From an uncultured Pseudomonadota bacterium (GTDB lineage: Bacteria; Pseudomonadota; Gammaproteobacteria; Natronospirales; REEB76): DNA of 64,000 bases. Below are positions 37,602-47,460 of this stretch, in pieces. The DNA lies in the NCBI GenBank assembly GCA_963774895.1, contig CAVZGN010000002.1, forward strand, positions 258,091-322,090, written 5' to 3'. The position numbers and the translations under genes are program-made. The stretch's first letter is position 1; every line of letters starts with the position of its first letter. Below the pieces are notes generated by a model, which was given only the letters and a program-made list of their open reading frames with translations, was not told where the DNA came from and did no database searches.

Positions 37602-37865
37602 TTAGTGTGATTCCGTAATGACAGGCACATGTTGCGGAAGGGTCTTGCGTATCTGTAGGCGTGACAGCCCACCACAGTTGGGGCAGCGGAAAACGATGCG
37701 TGCCATGTGTGAGGCAGAGACATTTTCCAGCAAAATGGATTTGCAGGATGGGCAGTTATACGTATATTTGCCTTTACCGCTGATACCCGGGACACCGGAC
37801 ATTTCGAATAGGGTGGTGGTACGCGGATCAGGCAGATCCACACGTTCCAATGGCTGAATATTCAT
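37602..37865 (-). CDS. small zinc-ribbon protein (orphan)
   Basis: 87 aa with AGGAGA 7 nt upstream of the ATG and two CxxC pairs (CPSC ... CPNC) 22 residues apart. Confidence 0.5.
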   Translation of the reverse strand: MNIQPLERVDLPDPRTTTLFEMSGVPGISGKGKYTYNCPSCKSILLENVSASHMARIVFRCPNCGGLSRLQIRKTLPQHVPVITESH

Positions 37866-38041
37866 ATTGTTATCTCCTGATTCAGTGGCAGGGGCTTGGT
37901 ATGTTTTCTATTGGTGAGAGAAAGCATACTCTCGTTAGATAGTATTGGCATGACTGGAAATGACGGCTTGGAACTTTTAATCTGATTGCAATATAAATGT
38001 CATATTAGTGTTCACATAATGACCAGCTAGAATAAATCCAG

Positions 38042-39550
38042 ATGCAAATAGGCTCCTTTAAGTCCGCCCGCTATCCGCTTGTCGCGGCAGTAGATCTTGG
38101 TTCCAACAGCTTTCATCTGATGGTCGCGGAACTGCAGGGTTCTGAGATTCGCGTCATCGACCGTCTGCGGGAGATGCTGCGTTTCGGCTCCGGATTGGAC
38201 GCCCAGGGACGTATCACAGCGTTGGCTGCACGCCGGGCGCTGGCCTGCCTGCGGCGCTTCGGCCAGCGCCTACAGACCCTGAAAGCCGGGCAAGTGCGTG
38301 CGGTCGGCACCAATACCCTGCGCAAGGCCCGGAATGCCAGGGAATTCCTGCGGCGTGCGGAAGCCGCCCTCGGCCATCCCATCGAGATCATCTCCGGAGT
38401 GGAAGAAGCGCGCCTCATCTACCAGGGTGTAACCAGTGTGCTGCCCGCGGGCGAGGAACGCCGGCTGGTGGTGGACATCGGCGGCGGCAGCACCGAACTC
38501 ATCATCGGGCGCGGCAGCCAGCCGCGCGTGATGGAGAGCCTGTTCATGGGCTGCGTCAGCATGACCGATACCTATTTTCCCAAGCCGGTGGTCACGCGCC
38601 GCAAGTTTCGCGAGGCGCTGCTGCATGCACGCCAGCAACTAGAGCCGGTGCAGGCGGAGTTGCGGCGCCAGGGCTGGCAACGCGCCATCGGTTCATCCGG
38701 CAGCATTCGCGCGATTGAGAATGTGTGCAACACCCTGGGCTGGCAACGCGAGGGTATCTCGCGCGAATGCCTGCAACGCCTGGCGGTACACCTGATTGAT
38801 GAACATCGACTCGATCGCTCCAGCGTTCCAGGCCTGACGGAAGAACGCATCCCGATCTTTGCGGGCGGCCTGGCGGTGCTGACGGCGGTTTTCGAAGCCC
38901 TGGATCTGCAACACATGGAAGTCTCGGGCCGCGCGCTGCGCGAAGGCGTGGTGCAAGACATGGTCGGCCGTCTCAAGGGCCAGGATGCGCGTACCGACGC
39001 CGTCGAACATCTGGCCATGCGCTATGCGGTGGATATCCGCCAGGTGAAGCGTGTCGAGGCCACTGCCCTGCAGATATTCAATGCCGTGGCCAAAGCCTGG
39101 CGACTCGATAGTGATTGCCGGCGGCTGCTGAGCTGGGCCGCATGGCTGCATGAATGCGGGCTGGCCGTAGCCCACAGCGGATATCACAAGCATGGCGCCT
39201 ACATTGTTGCGAACACCGATATGGCCGGCTTCTCGCGCCAGGAACAGAATCTGCTGGCGGGGCTGGTGCGCCTGCACCGGCGCAAATTCGCGGTCAGCGT
39301 GCTGGAGGAATTGGAAGGCAAATGGCAGCATCGCCTGCAGCGCATGGCCGTGATCCTGCGTCTGGCGGTGCTGCTGCACCGTGGGCGCGATGACCGTAAC
39401 GTGCCGAAACTGAAGGCCCGGGCGCGCGGTTCATTCCTGCAAGTGCGAATCGCGCGCGGCTGGATCGAGAAGTTCCCGCTGACGCATGCCGACATCATCG
39501 AGGAGAAGCAGCTGATCCGCAGCAGCGGCATGCGCCTGTCGGTGAGTTGA
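38042..39550 (+). CDS. ppx: exopolyphosphatase (Ppx/GppA family)
   Basis: 502 aa with AAVDLGSNSFHL, DIGGGSTE and an HD-like C-terminal domain (LHECGLAVAHSGYHKH). Confidence 0.93.
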   Translation: MQIGSFKSARYPLVAAVDLGSNSFHLMVAELQGSEIRVIDRLREMLRFGSGLDAQGRITALAARRALACLRRFGQRLQTLKAGQVRAVGTNTLRKARNAREFLRRAEAALGHPIEIISGVEEARLIYQGVTSVLPAGEERRLVVDIGGGSTELIIGRGSQPRVMESLFMGCVSMTDTYFPKPVVTRRKFREALLHARQQLEPVQAELRRQGWQRAIGSSGSIRAIENVCNTLGWQREGISRECLQRLAVHLIDEHRLDRSSVPGLTEERIPIFAGGLAVLTAVFEALDLQHMEVSGRALREGVVQDMVGRLKGQDARTDAVEHLAMRYAVDIRQVKRVEATALQIFNAVAKAWRLDSDCRRLLSWAAWLHECGLAVAHSGYHKHGAYIVANTDMAGFSRQEQNLLAGLVRLHRRKFAVSVLEELEGKWQHRLQRMAVILRLAVLLHRGRDDRNVPKLKARARGSFLQVRIARGWIEKFPLTHADIIEEKQLIRSSGMRLSVS

Positions 39551-39551
39551 A

Positions 39552-41630
39552 CTAGGGAATACTGCGTTCGCTGTACTGTTCCAACAGCGCCTGTTGTGCC
39601 TGGTAGGCGCCTTTCTTGCGCGGCTTGAGACGCCGGTATCGGCCGTCCGGTTGCAGTACCCAAGAACGGGTGTTGTCTTTCAAGTATTTCTTCAGGTCCT
39701 TGATGATGCGGTCGCGGTGTTTCTTCTGCAGCACCGGGAAACTCACTTCCACGCGCCGGAAGAAATTGCGCTCCATCCAGTCGGCGCTCGAACAGTACAC
39801 TTCTTTCTTGCCGTTGTTGTGGAAGTAGAACACGCGGCTGTGCTCCAGGAAGCGCCCCACGATGGAACGCACATGGATGTTCTTGGAGATCCCCGCGATC
39901 CCCGGCCGCAGGCAGCAGATGCCGCGCACGATCAGGTCGATGCGCACTCCGGCCATGGAGGCCTTGTACAGCGCCTGGATGATGCCCGGATCGGTGAGCG
40001 CGTTCACCTTGACGATGATATGCGCGCGTTTTCCGGCCAACGCATGTTTGGCTTCGTCATCGATGCACTCCAGCATGCTGCTGTACAGCGTGAACGGCGC
40101 CTGCTTGAGCTTGTGCAGTTTCATGACCTTGCCGAGGCTGGTGAGCTGCAGGAAGATGCGGTTCACGTCCTCGCCGATCTCCGGATTGCAGGTCATGAGG
40201 CTGTAGTCGGTATACAGGGTCGAGGTGCGCATGTGGTAATTGCCGGTGCCCAGGTGCACGTAGCGCCGCAATCCTCGGCCCTCACGGCGCACCACCAGGA
40301 TCATCTTGGCGTGGGTCTTGTAGCCGACGATGCCATAGACCACGTGCGCGCCGGCTTCCTGCAGCTTGTTGGCGAGCGCGATGTTGTCGGCCTCGTCGAA
40401 GCGCGCTCGCAGCTCGATGACCACGCTTACTTCCTTGCCGGCCTGGGCCGCTGCCACCAGCGCGTCCACCACGTTGGAGTCCGGCCCGGTGCGATACAGG
40501 GTCTGCTTGATGGCCAGCACTTTCGGATCAGCAGCTGCCTGGCGCACAAAATCCAGCACCGGCATGAATGAATCGTAGGGATGGTTGAGCAGCACGTCGG
40601 TGTTACGCAGGGTCTCGAACAGATCGGTGCTCTTGGCGACCGACTTGGGTATGTGGGGCATGAACGCCGGATATTTCAGTTCCGGGCGGTTATTCACCAG
40701 GCCATACACCTGTTCCAGCCGGTTCAGGTTCACCGGACCGTGCACCGCGTAGACATCGTCGTTGCCCAGTTCGAACTGTTTCTGCAGGAACATGATGGTG
40801 TCGTTCGGGCAGTCGTCAGAGACTTCCAGGCGTACCGCGTCGCCATAACGGCGCGAGGCCAGTTCGCCCTGCACGGCGCGCAGGATGTCCACCACTTCTT
40901 CCTCGTCCACGTACAGATCGCTGTTGCGCGTCACCCGGAACTGATAGCAGCCGTTCACTTTCATGCCCGGGAACAGTTCATCCACATAAGCATGAATGAC
41001 CGAAGACAGCAGCACGAATTCATTGTTGCGCGCATCGCTGGCCGGCACCTGGATCACCCGCGGCAGGGAGCGTGGCGCCTGCACGATAGCCATGCCGCTG
41101 TGACGTCCGAACGCGTCCTTGCCCTGCAGCGGCACGATGAAGTTCAAGCTCTTGTTGAGAATGCGCGGGAAGGGGTGCGCCGGGTCCAGCCCCAGGGGGC
41201 TCAGGATCGCCAGCAGTTCGTCGTTGAAGTAGCGCCGGATCCAGGTTTCCTGGGCGCTGCTCCAGCGGTCGCGGCGCACGATGTAGATACGTTCATTGGC
41301 GAGTGACGGCAGTATCAGGTCGTTAAGCACCTTGTACTGTTCGCTGATGAGGTTGGTGGCATGCTCGCGGATGGCGCGCAGGGTTTCACCCACCACCATG
41401 TCATCCGGTGAAATCGGTGCGGATGCCAGTTCCAGGCGCTGCTGCAGGCCGGCCACACGGATCTCGAAGAATTCATCCAGGTTCAGGCTCGAGATGCACA
41501 GGAAGCGCAGGCGTTCCAGCAGTGGGATGGACGTGTCCTTGGCCAAATCCAGCACCCGGTGGTTGAACGCCAGCACGCTCAACTCGCGGTTGATGTAGAG
41601 CTCCGGCCTTTTAAGGTCTGTGGCATCCAT
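39552..41630 (-). CDS. ppk: polyphosphate kinase 1
   Basis: 692 aa with INRELSVLAFNHRVL, FLCISSLNLDEFF, the catalytic region HAKMILVVR, and two PLD-like C-domains. Confidence 0.96.
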   Translation of the reverse strand: MDATDLKRPELYINRELSVLAFNHRVLDLAKDTSIPLLERLRFLCISSLNLDEFFEIRVAGLQQRLELASAPISPDDMVVGETLRAIREHATNLISEQYKVLNDLILPSLANERIYIVRRDRWSSAQETWIRRYFNDELLAILSPLGLDPAHPFPRILNKSLNFIVPLQGKDAFGRHSGMAIVQAPRSLPRVIQVPASDARNNEFVLLSSVIHAYVDELFPGMKVNGCYQFRVTRNSDLYVDEEEVVDILRAVQGELASRRYGDAVRLEVSDDCPNDTIMFLQKQFELGNDDVYAVHGPVNLNRLEQVYGLVNNRPELKYPAFMPHIPKSVAKSTDLFETLRNTDVLLNHPYDSFMPVLDFVRQAAADPKVLAIKQTLYRTGPDSNVVDALVAAAQAGKEVSVVIELRARFDEADNIALANKLQEAGAHVVYGIVGYKTHAKMILVVRREGRGLRRYVHLGTGNYHMRTSTLYTDYSLMTCNPEIGEDVNRIFLQLTSLGKVMKLHKLKQAPFTLYSSMLECIDDEAKHALAGKRAHIIVKVNALTDPGIIQALYKASMAGVRIDLIVRGICCLRPGIAGISKNIHVRSIVGRFLEHSRVFYFHNNGKKEVYCSSADWMERNFFRRVEVSFPVLQKKHRDRIIKDLKKYLKDNTRSWVLQPDGRYRRLKPRKKGAYQAQQALLEQYSERSIP

Positions 41631-41911
41631 ATGAATGAGATTAAGACGGTTTTGTTACGGACACATGACGCAGATACGGCATTGGTTTCTAGTGCCAATG
41701 CATCAGGTTTATGAAGTCTATATTAAAGCTTAATTAAAGCGTCATCTACATTGGGCCGAACGCCTTGTCATACGGGCTTCGGCCGTCAGAAAAAATTCAC
41801 GCAAACGCAATTTCGGCGTCACCTGCTAGATCCAGTATCACCACGGCATTTGAGTGAAAACCCAATGTATTTGGGTGATTGATCCTCAACAATTCTATAA
41901 GGAGATCAACT

Positions 41912-43573
41912 ATGCAAACGCGACATTATTTGAAGCGTGGCATCACGCTGGTGCTTTCGGCCGCAATGGTGATCGCCACCAATATGGCAGTGGCGAATGG
42001 TGGTGGCAATGATTCGGCAGCAGCCTATCCGACTGCCACACCCATCAAACATATCGTGGTCATTTTCCAGGAAAACGTCTCGTTCGATCACTATTTCGCC
42101 ACCTATCCCAAGGCGCGCAACCCGGTTGGTGAGCCGCGATTTGAGGCGGCACACGACACACCGACGGTCAACAATCTGGTGACCTCCAACCTGTTGACCA
42201 ATAACCCGAACGACACCAACCCGGCAAACGGTGCGGGTGCCAGCGATCCGTTCCGTCTGGATCGCACCCAAGCGGCCACCGCCGACCAGAATCATGCCTA
42301 TACCCCTGAACAGCAAGCCTACGACGGCGGTGCCGCGGACTTGTTCCCGAAATACACCGGCACGGCCACCTCCGGTGGCGCCGGCGCCTTTGGGACCACG
42401 GGCCAGGTCATGGGTTATTACGATGGCAACACCGCCACCGCCCTGTGGAACTACGCGCAGCGTTTCGCCATGAGCGATAACGCCTACACCGATACTTACG
42501 GGCCATCGTCACCGGGAGCAGTGGAAGTGATCTCGGGGCAGACGAACGGCCTGCAACTGGTGGCCAGCTCAAAAAGCTCCTATTACGTCTCAAATAGCGA
42601 TGGTAGCTTGACGATGATCGGCGATGTGGACCCGGGCTACGATGTCTGCTCCAGCTCCACCAATCAGGCCGTGCTCACGGGCAAGAACATTGGTGATCTG
42701 CTCAACGCGAAGAACATCAGTTGGGGCGGATTCATGGGAGGCTTTGACCTCTCGGCCACCAACCCCAATAACACCAGCGGTTGTGCTCGCAGCACCTACT
42801 CGTTCGTGATCAACGCGGCGACCGCAGACTATATTCCTCACCATAACTGGTTCCAGTACTACGCTTCCACGGCCAATCCAAACCATCTACTACCCAGTTC
42901 GGTTGCTGCCATCGGTTATACCGATGAGCCGAGCAGCACCACGCCTGATCCGGCCAATCACGAGTACGATATCCATGACTTCTTCGCCGCCGTCAACGCC
43001 GGCAATTTCCCGGCCGTGTCTTACCTGAAGGCGCCAGCCTATCAGGACGGTCATGCCGGTTACTCCGATCCGCTTGACGAACAGACCTTCGTCGTCAAGG
43101 TGGTCAACTTCCTGGAAAAACAGCCCGAATGGAAGGATACGGCCGTGATCGTCACTTGGGACGATTCGGATGGCTGGTATGACCACGCTTTTGCAACTAC
43201 CACCAGCCCGTCGTTCGATCCAACCGCGGATCAGTTGAACGGTTCTGGTAAATGCGGAAGCGGCACGCCTCCGAAAGGATTGAGTGGCCAGCCGGTGAAC
43301 GGCCGCTGCGGTCCCGGCACTCGGCTTCCGTTCCTGGTGATTTCACCTTACGCCAAGCAGAACTACGTGAGTCACACCGCCATTTCACAGGCCTCGGTGG
43401 TGCGCTTCATTGAAGACAACTGGCTGGGCGGGCAACGTCTCGGTGGCGGGTCGTTCGATGCCTCGACGGGCAGCATCACGGATATGTTTAATTTCCGGAA
43501 TCCGGATGACCAGCCGCTGTTTCTCTACCCGCAAACCGGTACTCCGGTAGATGAACAACATCATCGGCACTGA
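41912..43573 (+). CDS. phosphoesterase family protein (AcpA-type acid phosphatase / non-haemolytic phospholipase C family)
   Basis: Signal peptide, then IKHIVVIFQENVSFDHYFATYP (PF04185-type N-terminal signature) and a later TWDDSDGWYDH block. Start at 41912 behind AAGGAGA. Confidence 0.85.
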   Translation: MQTRHYLKRGITLVLSAAMVIATNMAVANGGGNDSAAAYPTATPIKHIVVIFQENVSFDHYFATYPKARNPVGEPRFEAAHDTPTVNNLVTSNLLTNNPNDTNPANGAGASDPFRLDRTQAATADQNHAYTPEQQAYDGGAADLFPKYTGTATSGGAGAFGTTGQVMGYYDGNTATALWNYAQRFAMSDNAYTDTYGPSSPGAVEVISGQTNGLQLVASSKSSYYVSNSDGSLTMIGDVDPGYDVCSSSTNQAVLTGKNIGDLLNAKNISWGGFMGGFDLSATNPNNTSGCARSTYSFVINAATADYIPHHNWFQYYASTANPNHLLPSSVAAIGYTDEPSSTTPDPANHEYDIHDFFAAVNAGNFPAVSYLKAPAYQDGHAGYSDPLDEQTFVVKVVNFLEKQPEWKDTAVIVTWDDSDGWYDHAFATTTSPSFDPTADQLNGSGKCGSGTPPKGLSGQPVNGRCGPGTRLPFLVISPYAKQNYVSHTAISQASVVRFIEDNWLGGQRLGGGSFDASTGSITDMFNFRNPDDQPLFLYPQTGTPVDEQHHRH

Positions 43574-43657
43574 ATACTGGATCCGCGAGATGTAGCTCGG
43601 TTCGGTCCGTGCTTGGGATTAGACTCCACAGCGGTCAAGGTTGACCCAAGCCGTTTC

Positions 43658-43688
43658 GGTACGCACCCCCGGGAAGGGGGTGCGTACC
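43658..43688 (+). terminator. strong GC hairpin downstream of the phosphoesterase gene (terminator-like, weak T-tract)
   Basis: GGTACGCACCCCC-gggaa-GGGGGTGCGTACC, a perfect 13-bp stem. Confidence 0.4.
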
Positions 43689-43763
43689 CCATTTGATGGC
43701 CGCGTGGCGGATCTCAATTATCGCGATTAACCGCAAAGCAAAACATAAGGTTATCGTGTTCGC

Positions 43764-45116
43764 ATGAATGCTCACATGCACCGCTTAGTGTCGGCTGGAA
43801 TATTAGTCGCGGGTACGGTGCTGCTGCTGCGTACCGCCGATGCGCGGGAGCAGACCACCGGCTGGAATCCACACCCGGTGCAGCTTATCTATCCACCGAT
43901 CCAGTCACTCTCAGCCATGGCCCAGTTGGGAAAGCAGCTGTTTTACGATCCGCGCCTGTCAGGATCCGGGCGCATGTCCTGCGCCAGTTGCCACAGCCCC
44001 GCCCACGCTTACGGTCCGCCGGGCAAGGTTTCGGTGGTTCTCGGCGGACCGGATGTGCACAGCGCAGGATTTCGTGCCGTACCGTCACTGCGTTACCTCT
44101 ACCGCCAGCCGCCCTTCAGCATCGGCCCAGACGTGTCCGGCGATAACGACACGGTAGCGAGCTTGCAGCAGCAGGCACAGAAAGCTACGGGCCATGAACG
44201 CGTCCTTAAAAGCGCGCAGGAGCCGCTGGCCGCCGCCGCCAACCTGGTGCCGCAGGGTGGCCTGTTCTGGGACGGGCGTGTGAATACCCTGCAACAACAG
44301 GTGAACGGCCCCATGTTCGACGCCTTTGAGATGGACGCGGGCTCACCGGACACGGTGGCCGGGAAACTCGAACGAGCCCCTTACGCCGGTGATTTCCGCC
44401 GGCTATTCGGCACCGATATCTTCGAACACCCGCAACTGGTGGTGTCGGAAGCCATGTTTGCAATCGCGCGCTTCGAAATCGAAGATCCGAGCTTCCATCC
44501 GTTCACCAGCAAGTACGATGCCTGGCTGGCCGGCAAGGCGCGCTTAACCTCCACCGAACTCCGAGGCTATCAGCTATTCAACGATCCCAACAAAGGCAAT
44601 TGCGCCGCCTGCCATCTCGACCAGCCGACCCGCGACGGACTGCCGCCGCTGTTCACCGACTTTCAGTACGAAGCCCTGGGGGTGCCGCGTAATTCGGCGA
44701 TACCCGCCAACCGCAACCCCAACTACTATGATCTCGGCATCTGTGGCCCCATGCGCACCGACGCGCGCAGCGAGACGCAGTACTGCGGCATGTTCCTGAC
44801 TCCCAGCTTGCGCAACGCGGCGACCCGCGAGGTGTTTTTCCACAACGGGGTGTTCCATTCGCTAACGCAGGTGATGGACTGGTACGTCAACCGGGATCTG
44901 CAGCCGGCGCGCTTTTATCCACGGGACTCCGCCGGCAAGGTCATCAAATATAACGATATCCCGGCGCCTTACCGCGGCAACGTGGACATCGTGGATGCGC
45001 CTTTCGACCGTCATCCGGGTCAACCACCGGCACTCAGCAAGGCGGAAATCCGTGAGGTGATCGCATTTCTGAACACGCTGAGCGACGGTTACACGAAAAC
45101 GCCGCCCAATAATTGA
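43764..45116 (+). CDS. di-haem cytochrome c peroxidase family protein (CcpA/MauG-like)
   Basis: 450 aa with a signal peptide and two haem motifs, CASCH and CAACH. The blocks FWDGR and FLTPSLRN are typical of the family. Confidence 0.88.
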   Translation: MNAHMHRLVSAGILVAGTVLLLRTADAREQTTGWNPHPVQLIYPPIQSLSAMAQLGKQLFYDPRLSGSGRMSCASCHSPAHAYGPPGKVSVVLGGPDVHSAGFRAVPSLRYLYRQPPFSIGPDVSGDNDTVASLQQQAQKATGHERVLKSAQEPLAAAANLVPQGGLFWDGRVNTLQQQVNGPMFDAFEMDAGSPDTVAGKLERAPYAGDFRRLFGTDIFEHPQLVVSEAMFAIARFEIEDPSFHPFTSKYDAWLAGKARLTSTELRGYQLFNDPNKGNCAACHLDQPTRDGLPPLFTDFQYEALGVPRNSAIPANRNPNYYDLGICGPMRTDARSETQYCGMFLTPSLRNAATREVFFHNGVFHSLTQVMDWYVNRDLQPARFYPRDSAGKVIKYNDIPAPYRGNVDIVDAPFDRHPGQPPALSKAEIREVIAFLNTLSDGYTKTPPNN

Positions 45117-45237
45117 TGCATAGTTGTATCGGGGCCTCGAGATATCAGGAACTTGTGACGGAGCGTGTGCACATCAATCGCGCTACAATTCGCCGGCCGA
45201 TGCTCGTAACTCCCGATCGTTTTCTTGAGGTGCCGCT

Positions 45238-45783
45238 ATGAAATCCGTTCTCCGTTCTCTGGTCGTTGCTGTGCTGTTGGCAACACCCTGGATTGCAGCC
45301 GGCGCCGCCGACACTACGCAATCCGATCTGTTGAAAGTAATGTCAGTGGATGATTACCGCGCCACCGGACTGGACAAGCTCTCGGATGCCCAGGTCAAGG
45401 CGCTCAGCGCCTGGTTCGCCAATTACCAAAGCCAGCACGCGAAAGACTGTGGACAATCCGCGGCCATGGCGCCAGCAGCGGTACCCACTGCGGCTGCATC
45501 AACGCCTGCTGCCGCCACATCCAAGCAACATAAAGTGGATGGCAGCACCGTCACCTCCAGCCGCATCCAGGGAAAGTTCACTGGCTGGTATGGTGATACG
45601 GTATTCAAGCTTGAAAATGGTCAAACCTGGCAACAGACCGATGACAGCGTCGTGACCATCGCCGCCATGCAAGATCCCGAAGTCACCATTTCCAAGGGTT
45701 CCTTCAACGTCTATTATCTTGAGGTCAAGGGCATGACGGATTCGGTGGCGGTGATCAAAATCGAACTCAAAGATTCGAATTAG
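45238..45783 (+). CDS. hypothetical secreted protein
   Basis: 181 aa with a GAGGTG ribosome-binding site and a signal peptide ending AAGA. No recognisable motif. Confidence 0.55.
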   Translation: MKSVLRSLVVAVLLATPWIAAGAADTTQSDLLKVMSVDDYRATGLDKLSDAQVKALSAWFANYQSQHAKDCGQSAAMAPAAVPTAAASTPAAATSKQHKVDGSTVTSSRIQGKFTGWYGDTVFKLENGQTWQQTDDSVVTIAAMQDPEVTISKGSFNVYYLEVKGMTDSVAVIKIELKDSN

Positions 45784-45820
45784 AGTAACGCCGCTATTAT
45801 TTTAGTTGCAGATTCAATCG

Positions 45821-46408
45821 CTACCATTGCGTGATGTAAAGAATCGAGAAGTGGCTGGAGCCGTCAGGTGCAGCCGGGCTGATCATTACTTCCTGAAAAT
45901 CGCCGCCATATCTTTTGCGGATGGCATCCATATAGTCGCTCACCAATACGGCGCTCGAAGTTTTCCCCGATATATTAGTTTTGTTTCCATTGCCGCTGCG
46001 GCTGATATCGATCACATGGATACCGGCCGGCGCCATGTGCAGGAATTGCTGGGCGAGATCCTGCGTCGGCATTTTCCCGGCTAGCAATTGTTTGGCACTC
46101 ATCGGGTAGATGGCGGTGGCGCGGCCGACGATGAAACCTACGAGCAACACCACGATGATGACTGCGGTCATGACCGCACGCCAGAGCCAGGCACGTTGCC
46201 GGTCATGCTCATCGCCGTTACTGAGCAGGGTTTCGGGCGCAGTCTCCAGCGCCTGCGCCAGGCGCGTGAGTACCTCGTCCGAGGGCCGCGAGCGGCCGTT
46301 CTCCAATTTGGATAAATACGATTGTTCGATGTCAGCTTTCTCGGCCAGGGCCGGCTGGGTCAGACCGCGGGCCAGGCGCAGGGTGCGCAGATTGTCGTGG
46401 AATGCCAT
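45821..46408 (-). CDS. membrane-tethered XRE-family helix-turn-helix regulator
   Basis: HTH block LRLARGLTQPALAEKADIEQSYLSKLENGRSRP, one TM helix, and an extracytoplasmic C-terminal domain of about 100 aa. Start at 46408 behind GAGGTGAGG. Confidence 0.75.
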   Translation of the reverse strand: MAFHDNLRTLRLARGLTQPALAEKADIEQSYLSKLENGRSRPSDEVLTRLAQALETAPETLLSNGDEHDRQRAWLWRAVMTAVIIVVLLVGFIVGRATAIYPMSAKQLLAGKMPTQDLAQQFLHMAPAGIHVIDISRSGNGNKTNISGKTSSAVLVSDYMDAIRKRYGGDFQEVMISPAAPDGSSHFSILYITQW

Positions 46409-46562
46409 GTACCTCACCTCGTTGTAAATCTTGCGACGGCGATAAAGTGTGGTCGATAAACCCAGGAATAGGAAGGCGGAAAACACAGGAATATTGCTGG
46501 AATAGGCATGAATTATCAGTGACTTGCGTGACTATGGCGGTTGTACCCGTGGCGCGGGAAGT

Positions 46563-47213
46563 TCAGAGTCCCAATAGGAAGAACACCGCGATGAACTGCA
46601 GCACGCTGCCGCCCAGGCAGAACAGATGCCAGATGGCGTGGTTGAAGCGCAGCTTGTCGAGGGCGTAGAACACTGCGCCGATGGTGTAGGACACACCGCC
46701 GGCCAAAACCAAGACCAATGACGGCGTGGGCAGGTTGCGCACCAGCGGCATGATGGCCACCAGTCCGATCCAGCCCATCGCTACATACGCCACCGTCGAA
46801 ACGATATCGAAGCGATGGCCAAAACCGAGTTTCGCCACGATACCCACCGCCGCCAAACCCCAGAGGATACCGAACAAGCTCCAGCCCCAGGCACCCTGCA
46901 ATCCCACCAGCACGAAGGGCGTATAGGTTCCGGCGATCAGGAGATAGATCGAGAGATGATCCAGGCGGCGCATGAAGCGCTTGAACTCACCCGGCTGCAC
47001 GTAGTGATAAATGGTGGAACTCATATAAGTGAAGATCAGCGCCGCCCCGAAGATGCTGAAGGTGACGATCTGGCGGTCAGTGCCAAGGAGCGCCGCCAGG
47101 GTGATGAGCACCGGCACGCCGCCCACCGCCAGCAGGAAACCCAGGAAATGGGTCAGAGTGTTGAGCCACTCGTCGGAGTTGAATTCATCCGGGTCGGAAG
47201 TGGTCGGGCGCAT
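46563..47213 (-). CDS. hemolysin III / PAQR family membrane protein
   Basis: Seven TM helices with the motifs EWLNTLTH, DHLSIYLLIAGTYTP and FNHAIWHLF. The start could alternatively be 47264. Confidence 0.85.
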   Translation of the reverse strand: MRPTTSDPDEFNSDEWLNTLTHFLGFLLAVGGVPVLITLAALLGTDRQIVTFSIFGAALIFTYMSSTIYHYVQPGEFKRFMRRLDHLSIYLLIAGTYTPFVLVGLQGAWGWSLFGILWGLAAVGIVAKLGFGHRFDIVSTVAYVAMGWIGLVAIMPLVRNLPTPSLVLVLAGGVSYTIGAVFYALDKLRFNHAIWHLFCLGGSVLQFIAVFFLLGL

Positions 47214-47290
47214 GCGTCGTTTCAAAATCTTCACCTCATGGACGGATACTATAATTGATGGCACTCGCCATATGAAAAAGATTTTCCCCT

Positions 47291-47460
47291 ATGGGCGATG
47301 TCTACAGCGAAAGGCTGTTTTCCTACGGCACTCTTCAGGATAAAGCGGTGCAGCGCGCCAACTTCGGGCTCAGGCTCGAAGGAGTTCCAGATGCAGTCTT
47401 GGGTTATAAGCTTTCGAAGGTGACTATCAACAATCCAGCGGTGCTGACAACGGCGTCTGG
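47291..47460 (+). pseudogene. truncated gamma-glutamylcyclotransferase-like (AIG2/GGCT-like) gene
   Basis: The N-terminal LFSYGTLQDKAVQ...GYKLSKV..NPAVLTTASG resembles the GGCT-like family. Beyond about 47460 the frame runs antisense into the DUF4124 fragment and loses resemblance. Confidence 0.45.

Noticed and set aside
41760-41800. A Pho box in the ppk / phosphoesterase divergent promoter (TTGTCAT ... CCGTCAG).
   Set aside because: The two TGTCA-like heptamers are not at the 11-nt spacing of the PhoB consensus. I cannot support the call without a matrix scan.
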